64,000 bases of DNA from Oscillospiraceae bacterium (GCA_031254575.1 JAIRUE010000112.1:3811-67810); one strand, 5' to 3'. Numbered from the stretch's first letter, positions 46,912-56,147 are shown. The notes: generated by a model from the sequence alone, not told the origin. A program made the numbers and translations.

Positions 46912-48052
46912 ACAGGATGGACAGCACCCGGATGATCAGCCAGACGTAGGATGCGGCGAGTACCAGCAGGCCGGCCGCGACGCCGGTCCTGACCGCCGGG
47001 CGGGCGTAGTTGAAGCCCAGATTGCCGCCGAACCGGTCCTCGACGATATTCGCCGGGTCGTCGGGGTTGTGGTAGAACATGCCCAATACCCAGGTTTTGT
47101 CGTCGCCCCGCCCGGACGTGCCTCCGGCGGCCAGCGGGACAGGGGTTTCAGCGGATATTTTGGGTTTCAGCTTGCACCCGCCCTGCCCGCAGCGTACCGA
47201 CAGAACGATGAGCCAAAGGGTAGGGGGGGCGTAAAAGATATGGATCACCCATAAGTACGCCGTCAGTTCCGGCCACAGCATCGTGAAGCCGACAAAGGTT
47301 AAGACCGCCGCCATCGACAGGACCAGCGCGCCGATGGCGTTTCCCATTTTCCTGCGGTACAGCGTGTGCTGCGCGAACGAGAGCATCGGGTCGGTCCGGT
47401 CGATTTGCAGCTTTGCCCGCACAAACATGATCCCGACCGGAACCATTGAAGCCGTTATAAGCAGGCTGACAAACGGCACAATAAAGACCTGCCATTTGCC
47501 GCCCCAGCCGTTCGGGATTCCGCTCCCGCCGTAGTGCGTGACGATGGTGTCCGGCAGGGACGGGTAGACTGCCAGCGCGGCGGCGAAGCCCGCGCAGACA
47601 AGCAGGCCCGCCGCGGCGTACCAGCCCCACGGCATCTCCGCCAGCGTCCCGCGCGAGTGCGACGAGGCGGTGTCGGCGAAGACGGCGTTCGGCACCGTCC
47701 AGCCGCGTTCCGCTTTGAGCCGTCCGGCCTTTTTCCAGTTCGGAATAAAGGCCGCCATCTGAATGGGGATGAACAGCAGCGGGAGGATCAGGCTGCCGAG
47801 CAGCGTTATACGGGGCGCGAGGATGTACTGCGTGACCGTGAGGGCGAGGACGGCGGCGGTCCCGCACAGGCAGGCCGCGACATAGTTCTTTTTCATCGCC
47901 CGCGCCTCCGGGTCGTCCTGCGCTTCCGGCGGGACGCGCACGCCGAACAGGAAGGTTTTGCGCGTCAGCCTGGGGACGACCGGCAGCAGAATACCGCAGA
48001 GCAGCGCGATAAACAGGTTGACGATAAAGCAAAACAGGGTGATCTCCTTCAT
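46910..48052 (-). CDS. DUF1648/DUF5808-type membrane protein (GntR-associated)
   Basis: ATG 48052 overlaps the GntR stop (ATGA). The protein is polytopic, with LPDTIVTHYGGSGIPNGWGGK and C-terminal FYHNPDDPANIVEDRFGGNLGFNYARP motifs. Confidence 0.7.
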   Translation of the reverse strand: MKEITLFCFIVNLFIALLCGILLPVVPRLTRKTFLFGVRVPPEAQDDPEARAMKKNYVAACLCGTAAVLALTVTQYILAPRITLLGSLILPLLFIPIQMAAFIPNWKKAGRLKAERGWTVPNAVFADTASSHSRGTLAEMPWGWYAAAGLLVCAGFAAALAVYPSLPDTIVTHYGGSGIPNGWGGKWQVFIVPFVSLLITASMVPVGIMFVRAKLQIDRTDPMLSFAQHTLYRRKMGNAIGALVLSMAAVLTFVGFTMLWPELTAYLWVIHIFYAPPTLWLIVLSVRCGQGGCKLKPKISAETPVPLAAGGTSGRGDDKTWVLGMFYHNPDDPANIVEDRFGGNLGFNYARPAVRTGVAAGLLVLAASYVWLIIRVLSIL

Positions 48053-48447
48053 AATGTACCTCCGTTCATGGACGCGCCTTTCGCGTCGCGGTAGCAATCG
48101 GCGCAAAGCGTGATAAACTCGCCCTCGCCGATCTCACGGCAGATGGCTTCGGCGGCCGTCAGCAAAAGACGGCGGGAAAGGCTTGCGGAAAAGGCGGCGT
48201 CCCGCTCCGTTTTCCGCGCCACGACCGCCCCCTTGCGCCGGTCCATGGCGATGTAGCCCTCGTCGCAGAGGATGGCGTACGCCTTGTTGACGGTGTGGAA
48301 GTTGACGCCGAGGTCGGCGGCAAGGCCGCGGACGGAGGGCAGCGCCTCGCCCGGAGCGAGCCGCCCCGACGCGATGCCGGCGACGATCTGGTCGCGCAGC
48401 TGCTCGTAGATGGGCGAGGGGGAGAGCGTGTCAACCGCGAGGATCAT
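48049..48447 (-). CDS. GntR family (YtrA-like, short) transcriptional regulator
   Basis: PIYEQLRDQIVAGIASGRLAPGEALPSVRGLAADLGVNFHTVNKAYAIL; 132 aa. Confidence 0.9.
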   Translation of the reverse strand: MILAVDTLSPSPIYEQLRDQIVAGIASGRLAPGEALPSVRGLAADLGVNFHTVNKAYAILCDEGYIAMDRRKGAVVARKTERDAAFSASLSRRLLLTAAEAICREIGEGEFITLCADCYRDAKGASMNGGTL

Positions 48448-48463
48448 AGGACCTCTCCTTTGC

Positions 48464-48491
48464 GTTATAATTGTTATATATGAAGTATAAC
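48464..48491. promoter_or_regulatory. Candidate GntR operator (inverted repeat GTTATA-N7-TATAAC plus extra half-site)
   Basis: GTTATAattGTTATAtatgaagTATAAC lies directly upstream of the gntR RBS. Confidence 0.4.
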
Positions 48492-48540
48492 AGATGTATC
48501 ACGCCTTGTCAACAGGAAAATGAAAAAACCGTCAAATTTC

Positions 48541-48569
48541 TTGACAGTTTCCCAAAATTTCTGTATTGT
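48541..48569 (+). promoter_or_regulatory. Candidate promoter of the secreted HExxH protein gene
   Basis: TTGACA, a 17-nt spacer, then TATTGT. It is flanked by TTGTCAA inverted half-sites at 48506 and 48566. Confidence 0.45.
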
Positions 48570-48593
48570 CAATAGTATCAGGAGGGATCACCC

Positions 48594-49790
48594 ATGAAAA
48601 AATTCAGTTTCCGCAGTTTCGTCCTCGGCGCGCTGGCGGCGGCGCTCATCCTCACCGTGGCCGCGCCCGCGCTGGCCGAACCCATCGAGGCCGCGTTCAA
48701 CTCTATCAACATCTACGTCAACGGGGCGCGGGTAGCGGCGAAGGGCGAGATGTTCGTCACCGGCGGCAACGCCGTCCCGTTCAGCATCAACTACCAGGGG
48801 ACGACCTATCTGCCGATGAAGAAGCTGGCGCAGATTTTGGGCAAGGAGGTCTCGTGGGACGCGGAGACCGGCACGGCGCGCATTGATGAGGCGGGCGCGG
48901 AACCCTCTCCGTCGCCCTCGCCTTCGCCCCAAGGCAACGTGATTTATGACTGGCAAGGCAATGTCGTTCCGCCCGAAAAATATAACCCCTTATTGTTCGG
49001 CAAAAATGTCCAGTTCAGCGAAAGTTGGCTTAAACTTATCAACGGACGCGATATCACGAACGAAAAAATGGAATTGGAACGCGATTACACAGACAGACTT
49101 TATACCGCCATGAAAGATTTTTTTAACGGTAAAGCGCCAATGGATGGGAAAAGAATTTTTCTTGAATCTATCATAAATGATGGTGGCATTGGGCATGCTG
49201 CCTGTTGGTTAGGCTCAAATTATATTAGATTTCACGACGACTTTGCTGAGCGCAAACTACGTGACCTTGTTTCAAAAGACGGAACAAGCGATACCGAAGC
49301 CCATGAAATGGCACATTTATTTTTGAGTATGTCAGAAAATATGATAAATACCATACCTGAACACGAATCTTTTGCGGATTTTTTGGCACTTTACGCGCAT
49401 GAAAAGACAGGGATAAAAGTTTTGGATACGTCGGTTAGCGATTTTCCAGTTAATGCGAAAGAAATAATATCAAAAGATAAAGAAAATTTTAGAAAGTTTA
49501 GTATTGACAACTTGTTAAATGAAGCCCCAAAATATTTATCAAATTATCTAAATTACGAACTCGTTGACATCGTCGGCTGGGATGTTTACAAAACGGTTTT
49601 GAACGGATATGCGGACGACAAAAACCCGCGCGCGAACAACGTCAACGCAAATTCAAGTTTCGAGAAAAAAATGTTGGAATTTTTGGCGCGCATCGGCGAA
49701 GAATACGGCGATATGAGTATCGTTCGCCAATTACCCGACAACGGCGCGGTTTACGATATGTTGGTGGCGCGCGTCAATGCGGAAAAATAG
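48594..49790 (+). CDS. Secreted protein: signal peptide, copper-amine-oxidase-N-like stalk domain, PSPSPS linker, low-GC HExxH (putative metallopeptidase-like) domain
   Basis: The signal ends in ...APALA. The stalk motif is NIYVNGARV...GTTYLPMKKLAQILGKEVSWDAETGTARI. It also has EPSPSPSPSP and TEAHEMAHLF. The function of the C-terminal domain is not established. Confidence 0.6.
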   Translation: MKKFSFRSFVLGALAAALILTVAAPALAEPIEAAFNSINIYVNGARVAAKGEMFVTGGNAVPFSINYQGTTYLPMKKLAQILGKEVSWDAETGTARIDEAGAEPSPSPSPSPQGNVIYDWQGNVVPPEKYNPLLFGKNVQFSESWLKLINGRDITNEKMELERDYTDRLYTAMKDFFNGKAPMDGKRIFLESIINDGGIGHAACWLGSNYIRFHDDFAERKLRDLVSKDGTSDTEAHEMAHLFLSMSENMINTIPEHESFADFLALYAHEKTGIKVLDTSVSDFPVNAKEIISKDKENFRKFSIDNLLNEAPKYLSNYLNYELVDIVGWDVYKTVLNGYADDKNPRANNVNANSSFEKKMLEFLARIGEEYGDMSIVRQLPDNGAVYDMLVARVNAEK

Positions 49791-50388
49791 GCGGCGGGGT
49801 AACGTCAGAGCGGCGCTGATTTCCGGGGTTTTCATAGGTTTTTGCGTTCTCGGTTTATTTTTGATAACAAACCGCAAAAATGCGGACCCGATGCCGTCTG
49901 ATCCGGGTGAGAACAGTCCCGCGCCGTCCGGGCCGGGCGGAAGCGCCCCCGCGCCGTCCCCCGAAGAGAGCGGCTTTCCCGGCGAAACGCCGCCGGAACC
50001 ATCCCCCCTTTCGGTCAGGGAACTGCTGGGACTTGGGGATGTTCGCCCCGCCGGCGTGGAAGGCATCAGTTTTATTCAAAACAGGGAGACGCAGAAGACC
50101 TGGCACACATCCGGCCGGGAGATCATTTCCCAGGTGATGGAGCACTTTGACGCGCTGGAGGGGGATCTCGTTTCCGGCGGGGCAAGCGGCGGCGCGTACT
50201 TATGGATGAAAATTGAGCTGAAAGACCGGGAAACCCCCGTTGAGGTGACGGTCAGCACTGTGACCCTCTACCGGGGCTCGGAGCTCCGCCCCATAGACGG
50301 CATGGCGCAAAGCGTTGAAATCACCGGCGGGGCCAAGACGGAGGAGGAATGGGAAGCCATCCTTGCCGCCTGCGAAAGAGTGCCGTGA
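49777..50388 (+). CDS. Membrane-anchored hypothetical protein with Pro-rich linker
   Basis: 203 aa. The start overlaps the upstream gene by 14 nt. It begins RKNRRRGN, followed by a TM segment (ALISGVFIGFCVLGLFLI), a P/S/G linker and a ~120-aa unassigned domain. Confidence 0.55.
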   Translation: MRKNRRRGNVRAALISGVFIGFCVLGLFLITNRKNADPMPSDPGENSPAPSGPGGSAPAPSPEESGFPGETPPEPSPLSVRELLGLGDVRPAGVEGISFIQNRETQKTWHTSGREIISQVMEHFDALEGDLVSGGASGGAYLWMKIELKDRETPVEVTVSTVTLYRGSELRPIDGMAQSVEITGGAKTEEEWEAILAACERVP

Positions 50389-50393
50389 ATACA

Positions 50394-50427
50394 AGTCCCC
50401 GGCGCGGTCCGCGCCGGGGACTTTTTC
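50394..50427 (+). terminator. Rho-independent terminator (shared with convergent mutS2)
   Basis: AGTCCCCGGCGCGG/CCGCGCCGGGGACT followed by TTTTT. Confidence 0.8.
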
Positions 50428-50439
50428 ACATTGCGCGTT

Positions 50440-52791
50440 TTACCTCAGCGTCACCACCGTGACCCCCGTCTCCCCCTCGCCGTATTTGCCCAGACGGAAG
50501 CCCTTGACCGACTTATTCTTTTTCAGCGCGGCGTGGACGGCGGCGCGCAGCGCGCCCGTCCCCTTGCCGTGAATGACCGTGACCGTCTCCAGCCTGCGCA
50601 TCACCGCGTCGTCGATGAACCGCTCCATCAGCAGAACGCCGTCGTCGGACGCCTGCCCGCGCAGGTCGATCTCCAGACTGACCGGCTCCGGCGCGCGTGA
50701 CAGCGAAACGCCGCCACCCGGTCTTTTCTTTTCCTTTTTCGGCTCGCACGGCCTCAGCCCGTCCAGCGGCGCGGTCACCTTCATGATGCCCGCCTGCAGC
50801 GGGATCATCCCGTTTTTGTCCGCCTCGCCCAGCACGACGGCGCGGGTGCCGGTGGAAATCAGCACAACCTCCGTCCCCGGCGCGGGCGGTTTTTCAAATA
50901 AAAGCTCCGGTTCCGGCGGGAGCGGGTTCCCGCCCAGCTCGTCCTCGGCCTTGTTGAGCTTCCGCCGCGCCTCGGCCAGTTCTTCCGCCGCCGCGTTCTG
51001 CTTGGCGCGGGCAATCTCCCGCGCCGCCTCCTCGGCGGCGGCCCGCGCCCCGTTCAGGATGCGCCGCGCCTCGGCGCGCGCGCTTTCGGCGGCTTTTTCA
51101 TGCTCCCGCTCTATCCGTCCGCGCAGTTCCTCCGACTTGCGCCTGTCCGCCTCGCTCTGCCGCAGGGCGCGTTCGGCTTCGGCCCGGTGGTTTTCCATCG
51201 CCGAGCGCTGGCTCTCCAGTTTTGACAGCATATCCTCAAACGCCGCGTCGTGTACGCCGATGCGCTGTTTCGCCGCCCCGATGATATGCTCCGGCAGGCC
51301 CAGCCTCTGCGAGATGGCGAAGGCGTTGCTGCGCCCGGGGATGCCGGTCAGCAGGCGGAAGGTGGGGCGGAGGGTTTCCACGTCAAATTCGCAGCTCGCG
51401 TTTTCCACGCCGGAGGTGGACATGGCGTAGGTCTTCAGTTCCGCGTAGTGCGTCGTGGCGGCGACCCGGCAGCCCTGCGCCCGCGCCTGCTCGATGATGG
51501 CGACGGCCAGCGCCGCGCCCTCCACCGGGTCGGTGCCCGCGCCCAGCTCGTCGAACAGCACCAGGCTGTCCGGCCCGGCTTCGTTGAGAATGGCGACGAT
51601 GTTGCGCATGTGGGAGGAGAAGGTGGACAAACTCTGCGCGATCGACTGCTCGTCGCCGATGTCCGCGTACACGCCGGAGGTAAAAGCGGCCTCGCTCCCC
51701 TCCGCGGCGGGGATATGCAGCCCGCAGGCCGCCATCAGCGTCAGCAGGCCGAGCGTCTTGAGCGCCACGGTCTTGCCGCCGGTGTTGGGGCCGGTGATGA
51801 CGAGCGTGTCAAACGATTTGCCCAGGCGTATATCCACCGGCACGGCCGTTCCCTTCGGCAGAAGCGGGTGCCGCGCCCTGCGCAGGTCGGCCGCGCCGTC
51901 CCTGCCCGGCAGCGGGCGCGACGCGTCCATCTCCGAGGAGAGTTTGGCGCGCGCGAAAACGGCGTCGATGGCGACCAGCGCGTCGTAATCCTCCGCGATC
52001 ACGTCCCCGGATTCGTCGCATTCCGCCGTCAGCTCCGCGAGGATGCGCTCGATCTCCTTGCGCTCCTTCCCCTCCAGTTCGCGCAGTTCGTTGCTGGCCT
52101 GCACCGCCGCCGCCGGCTCGATGAACAGCGTCGCGCCGGAGGACGATACGTCGTGCAGCAGGCCCGGCACATCGTTTTTGTTCTCGGCCTTGACGGGGAT
52201 GACAAACCGCCCGTTCCGCTGGGTGATCAGCGCGTCCTGAAGGTATTTGGCGTGGGAGGAGATGATTTTTTGCAAAATGTCGCGTATTTTCGAGGCCGCC
52301 GCGCGCATATGCCGCCGGACGGAGGCCAGTTCCCCGCTCGCGTGGTCGGCGATCTCCTCCTCATTCAGGATACAGCCGGTGATATGGTCCTCCAGCGGCT
52401 TGTCGCCGGTCAGCCGGCGGAACAGGCCGTCCAGACGCGACGGCTCCGCGCGCCCTTTGTCCGCCGCGTACGACCTGACGGTGCGCGCCGCCCACAGGAC
52501 CGAGGCGACGTCGAGCAGTTCGCGCGTGTTCAGCGCGCCGCCCAGGCTCGCGCGCGACAGGGCGGGCGCGACGGGCCTTATGCCGGACAGGGCGGGCGCG
52601 CCGCGCAGTTCCAGCATGGCGCGCGCCGCGCTTGTCTGCTCCTGCCGCTCCCCGGCCTCCGCGAGGCTGGCGGCGGGGCGCAGCGCGAGGCAGCGTTCTT
52701 TCGCCTCCTCCGACACGGCAAAGGCCGCCAGCATGTCCAAAACACGCGGCAGTTCCAGCGTTTGCAGGGATTTATCGGTCAGTGCGCTCAT
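50440..52791 (-). CDS. mutS2: Endonuclease MutS2 (MutS domain plus C-terminal Smr)
   Basis: 783 aa with Walker A ITGPNTGGKTV, then LFDELGAGTDP, a long coiled coil, and the Smr domain IDLRGQASDDGVLLMERFIDDA...VIHGKGTGALR. Confidence 0.9.
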   Translation of the reverse strand: MSALTDKSLQTLELPRVLDMLAAFAVSEEAKERCLALRPAASLAEAGERQEQTSAARAMLELRGAPALSGIRPVAPALSRASLGGALNTRELLDVASVLWAARTVRSYAADKGRAEPSRLDGLFRRLTGDKPLEDHITGCILNEEEIADHASGELASVRRHMRAAASKIRDILQKIISSHAKYLQDALITQRNGRFVIPVKAENKNDVPGLLHDVSSSGATLFIEPAAAVQASNELRELEGKERKEIERILAELTAECDESGDVIAEDYDALVAIDAVFARAKLSSEMDASRPLPGRDGAADLRRARHPLLPKGTAVPVDIRLGKSFDTLVITGPNTGGKTVALKTLGLLTLMAACGLHIPAAEGSEAAFTSGVYADIGDEQSIAQSLSTFSSHMRNIVAILNEAGPDSLVLFDELGAGTDPVEGAALAVAIIEQARAQGCRVAATTHYAELKTYAMSTSGVENASCEFDVETLRPTFRLLTGIPGRSNAFAISQRLGLPEHIIGAAKQRIGVHDAAFEDMLSKLESQRSAMENHRAEAERALRQSEADRRKSEELRGRIEREHEKAAESARAEARRILNGARAAAEEAAREIARAKQNAAAEELAEARRKLNKAEDELGGNPLPPEPELLFEKPPAPGTEVVLISTGTRAVVLGEADKNGMIPLQAGIMKVTAPLDGLRPCEPKKEKKRPGGGVSLSRAPEPVSLEIDLRGQASDDGVLLMERFIDDAVMRRLETVTVIHGKGTGALRAAVHAALKKNKSVKGFRLGKYGEGETGVTVVTLR

Positions 52792-52829
52792 GGCGGTTTC
52801 CTTTCGGGAGGATTGATCGGTTTGCGCTC

Positions 52830-52858
52830 AGTATACCCCTCTTTCGCGGGCCTGTCAA
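52830..52858 (-). promoter_or_regulatory. Sigma-A-type promoter of mutS2
   Basis: On the minus strand: TTGACA, a 17-nt spacer, then TATACT. Confidence 0.6.
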
Positions 52859-52885
52859 CGGAGCGGGGCGGAGCCTGTTTGCGCG

Positions 52886-52914
52886 TTGAAACCGAATTAA
52901 CACTTACTTAATAT
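52886..52914 (+). promoter_or_regulatory. Orphan plus-strand promoter in the prs-mutS2 spacer
   Basis: TTGAAA, a 17-nt spacer, then TAATAT, with no plus-strand gene downstream. Confidence 0.45.
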
Positions 52915-52920
52915 TCCATG

Positions 52921-53055
52921 CGTTGTTTTGTAACACTTGGGTGGTATGATGAACAATGCAAGCAGGCAGTAGCGTTTTTCATCTTTTCCCCTCCTATACA
53001 AGAGCCCCCGCCCGCGCCGGACGCATACCGGCGGCGGCGGGGGTTTTTGTTTTGT
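52921..53055 (+). ncRNA. Candidate ~135-nt small RNA (promoter-to-terminator unit, unclassified)
   Basis: It is bounded by the orphan promoter and the plus-oriented terminator at 53005-53055. It contains a CCCCUCCU anti-SD-like tract (52988-52995). It is antisense to a 24-codon ORF that has a strong RBS. Confidence 0.3.
53005..53055 (+). terminator. Strong hairpin with plus-strand U-tract
   Basis: CCCCCGCCCGCGCCGG-ACGCATA-CCGGCGGCGGCGGGGG followed by TTTTTGTTTTGTT. On the minus strand (after prs) the trailing tract is poor (CTCTTGTAT). Confidence 0.7.
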
Positions 53056-53067
53056 TGATAAATACAG

Positions 53068-54189
53068 CTATTTTCTTTTTGAACTGAGGACCTTTTCAAT
53101 ACGCGCGGAGGGGTCGAGGAGGTGGCTGAGCGACTGGTCGAAATTAAGGGTGCTGACGATATAGGCTATATATTTTGACATATCGACGCTGCAATACCAT
53201 TTGCGCGAGAGAAGCGCCTGCGGCTGGTAGATGAGGTTTGTGGTGTACACGCGCTCCACAAGCCCGTCCTCGTAAGCCCGGTCGAAAGCGTCCAGCCCGG
53301 AGCAGAACTGGCCGAAGGTGGCGAAGACGAAGATACGGTGTGCGCCGAGATCTTTTATGCGCTTCAGGATCGAGAGCACCGACTCGCCGGACGCGATGAT
53401 GTCGTCCACAACGATGACGTCCTTCCCGTCCAGCCGTTCGCCGAGAAACTCGTGGCTGACGATGGGGTTGCGCCCGTCGATCACTTTCGTGTAATCGCGG
53501 CGTTTATAGAACATGCCGAGATCAAGGCCCATGACGGTGGCGTAATAGATGCAGCTCGCCATGCCGCCCTCGTCGGGGGATACGATCATAATGCGATTCC
53601 TGTCGATCTCCAGATCCTCCGCGGTGTTGAGCAGGGCGCGTATCATCTGGTAAGTCGTTCGCACGTTCTCAAAGCCATGGAGCGGGATGGCGTTCTGCAC
53701 GCGCGCGTCGTGGGCGTCAAAGGTGATGATATTGTGTACGCCCATCGCCGTCAGTTCCTGCAGCGCCAGCGCGCAGTCAAGCGACTCGCGCGCGAAGCGG
53801 CGGTGCTGCCGCCCCTCATACAGCAGCGGCATGATCACGGTCAGGCGGCGCGCCTTGCCGTTGGTGGCCGCGATGATGCGTTTTAAGTCCTGAAAATGGT
53901 CGTCCGGGCTCATCGGCACTTCCATCTCATACATTTTATATGTGACGCCGTAGTTGAACACGTCGGCGAGGATATAGAGGTCGTAGCCGCGCACCGATTC
54001 GCGGATCATGCCCTTGGCCTCGCCGGTGGAGAAGCGGGGGCAGACATAGGGCAGTAAAATGCTCCGTCCGTCGCCGCCGTCCCGGATGTTCCAGCTGCGC
54101 AGGTATTCGTCAATCTGGGCCGCCAGAGGCTCGCAGCCGCGCATCCCGATCAGGCCCGGGCGGCCGATCTGCGGGTTGTCCGTGAGCAC
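53068..54189 (-). CDS. prs: Ribose-phosphate pyrophosphokinase (long clostridial form)
   Basis: The track ORF runs into rsmA. GTG 54189 follows GGAAGTGG. Matches are TVIMPLLYEGRQHRR, ITFDAHD and VVDDIIASGESV. Confidence 0.8.
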   Translation of the reverse strand: MLTDNPQIGRPGLIGMRGCEPLAAQIDEYLRSWNIRDGGDGRSILLPYVCPRFSTGEAKGMIRESVRGYDLYILADVFNYGVTYKMYEMEVPMSPDDHFQDLKRIIAATNGKARRLTVIMPLLYEGRQHRRFARESLDCALALQELTAMGVHNIITFDAHDARVQNAIPLHGFENVRTTYQMIRALLNTAEDLEIDRNRIMIVSPDEGGMASCIYYATVMGLDLGMFYKRRDYTKVIDGRNPIVSHEFLGERLDGKDVIVVDDIIASGESVLSILKRIKDLGAHRIFVFATFGQFCSGLDAFDRAYEDGLVERVYTTNLIYQPQALLSRKWYCSVDMSKYIAYIVSTLNFDQSLSHLLDPSARIEKVLSSKRK

Positions 54190-54200
54190 AGAACCACTTC

Positions 54201-55052
54201 CTATCCCGTTATTATATCTGTAAACGTACGCGCCAATGTAAGATATTGCGCCGGGGACAGCGTTTCCCCGCGCGCCGAGGGGTCGCACCCCGCCGCCGTC
54301 AGGCGTTCCGCCGCCGCCTCTTTCGGCAGCGACAGCCCCGCGGACAGCGCGTTGAGCAGGGTCTTGCGGCGGGCGGCGAACGCGGCTTTCACAATCCGCA
54401 GGGCGCGGGGGACAAGGCATTCCCGCGCCGGGTCCGGCGGGAGACGGTCAAGGCGGATGACCGAGGAGGTTACCGCGGGGCGGGGCATAAAACAGTCCGG
54501 CCCCACGTCGAACAGAATAGAGCAGTCTGCGTGCAGCGCCGTAAAGACCGTGATCGCGCCGTATTCCGGCGTGGAGGGATTCGCGGCCAGCCGCCGCGCC
54601 ACCTCGCGCTGCACCATCACGACAATGGGGTCAAAACGGCCTTGTCCCACCAGCCGCGTCAGCAGCGGCGTGGTCACCGAGTACGGCAGATTTGCGCAGA
54701 CGGCCGGCGAAAAGCCTTCCGGCAGCAGGGAGGGCAAATCGAGGCGCAGGGCGTCACCCTCCGTCAGCGTCACATTGTCAAAGCCGGACAGGTTTTGCCG
54801 CAGTATAGGGATCAGACGCCTGTCCTTCTCCACCGCGGCGACATGCCCGCAGGCTCCGGCCAGCGCCGCCGTCAGCGCGCCGAAGCCGGGGCCTATCTCC
54901 AGTACGGCTTGTCCTTTTGAAAAAAGAGCCGCCATCCGTCCGGGCACCCACGAAGCCGTCAGAAAATTCTGCCCCTTGCGCTTGTCAAAACGGAAACCGT
55001 GTTCCGCGAGGATCCGCCTGATCACATCCGGGCGGCACAGGTCGCCGGGCAT
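54201..55052 (-). CDS. rsmA: 16S rRNA (adenine1518/1519-N6)-dimethyltransferase
   Basis: FRFDKRKGQNFL, VLEIGPGFGALT and CANLPYSVTTPLL are present. Confidence 0.93.
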   Translation of the reverse strand: MPGDLCRPDVIRRILAEHGFRFDKRKGQNFLTASWVPGRMAALFSKGQAVLEIGPGFGALTAALAGACGHVAAVEKDRRLIPILRQNLSGFDNVTLTEGDALRLDLPSLLPEGFSPAVCANLPYSVTTPLLTRLVGQGRFDPIVVMVQREVARRLAANPSTPEYGAITVFTALHADCSILFDVGPDCFMPRPAVTSSVIRLDRLPPDPARECLVPRALRIVKAAFAARRKTLLNALSAGLSLPKEAAAERLTAAGCDPSARGETLSPAQYLTLARTFTDIITG

Positions 55053-55079
55053 GAAACCCCTCCCGTCAGCGGGGACGCG

Positions 55080-56147
55080 TCAGGCCAGAATATACAGATA
55101 CCCTTTCTGGCGGCCGAAATTCACGCATTCCTGCCATGTGTCGAAATAGAGGTCGATAATATTGCCCTTGATGGCGCCGCCCGTGTCCTCGGTGCGCGCC
55201 TTGCCGTAGACCCACGCGCCGTTCCGCGAGGTGACAAAGACGTTGATGCGCAGCGGGATGACCCTGGGATCGACGGCGATGGTGCCCACGCGGGCTATGT
55301 TGCCGATGGCGTTTATTTTGTTCACCTGCCGCTCCGTGGTGTAGGCGGTGCAGATGACGTCCATCCGTTTTGTGTAGCGGGCCAGCGACCCGTCGGCCAG
55401 CTTGACGGTGCCGCCCGTGCCGTGTACGACGACCTCCGAAACGGGCTCTTTAACGGTCTCTTTCAGCAGCAGGCGGTCCGAGACGACCTCCCCGTCGCGC
55501 AGGATCACCTCATAGGTGAGCCTGCTCTCGCCTTCCTCGCCCTCGGTGGTGACGACGCTTGCCCCGTAGTTGACGTAAGAGCTGTCCTGCGTGACCGTGT
55601 CGAAGGGAATGGATTCTTTCTCATACCGGCTGATGATGTCGATCCGCGTGACGGTGATCTCCATCCCCTCCTCGATGGGCGTCTCGGGAGAGGGGTTGAT
55701 GATGTCGTATTCCCTGGGGATATAGGAGGTTTTGACGAGCGCGTCGGCCACCGTGCCGCCGAAGCAGGTGACCGGCACCGTCACGCCGTCCAGCGTGACG
55801 GCCACGCCGCTCGTCCGCGTGATCTGGATCTCGGCCGCGCTGCCGCTGAGCAATCCTTTGGGCAGGTATACCTGGTCGGTGGCGCGTATGTGTATCCCGG
55901 CCTCGGCCAGCGCGGCCTCGGCGTCGCGGGTGTATGTCTCGTGGATGGTCACGCGGCCCTGATCGATGATGACGAAAAAGTTGAGCTGGGTGACGTAGAA
56001 GGAGTAGAGCCACAGGGAGACGATGCAGAGTACGGGGACAAGGACCAGCCGGCCGGTCAGCGCGTGCCGCAGACGGCGGCCGAACAGCGCGCACCAGTCG
56101 CCTGTCCGGCGGGCCGCGCCCGCGAAACGCCGCAGATGAAACAGCAT
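55080..56147 (-). CDS. YabE-like protein (DUF348-type repeats, G5, C-terminal 3D domain)
   Basis: It has an N-terminal TM segment, G5-like GASVVTTEGEEGESRLTYEV and a 3D-domain end (ICTAYT...GTIAVDPRVIPL...YGKARTEDTGGAIKGNIIDLYF). Its position upstream of rsmA matches Bacillus. Confidence 0.8.
   Translation of the reverse strand: MLFHLRRFAGAARRTGDWCALFGRRLRHALTGRLVLVPVLCIVSLWLYSFYVTQLNFFVIIDQGRVTIHETYTRDAEAALAEAGIHIRATDQVYLPKGLLSGSAAEIQITRTSGVAVTLDGVTVPVTCFGGTVADALVKTSYIPREYDIINPSPETPIEEGMEITVTRIDIISRYEKESIPFDTVTQDSSYVNYGASVVTTEGEEGESRLTYEVILRDGEVVSDRLLLKETVKEPVSEVVVHGTGGTVKLADGSLARYTKRMDVICTAYTTERQVNKINAIGNIARVGTIAVDPRVIPLRINVFVTSRNGAWVYGKARTEDTGGAIKGNIIDLYFDTWQECVNFGRQKGYLYILA

Noticed and set aside
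52908-53099. 63-aa minus-strand ORF from the track
   Set aside because: Its 5' part runs through the prs stop and the terminator hairpin. Only the last 24 codons, which have their own strong RBS, are kept as a low-confidence small ORF.
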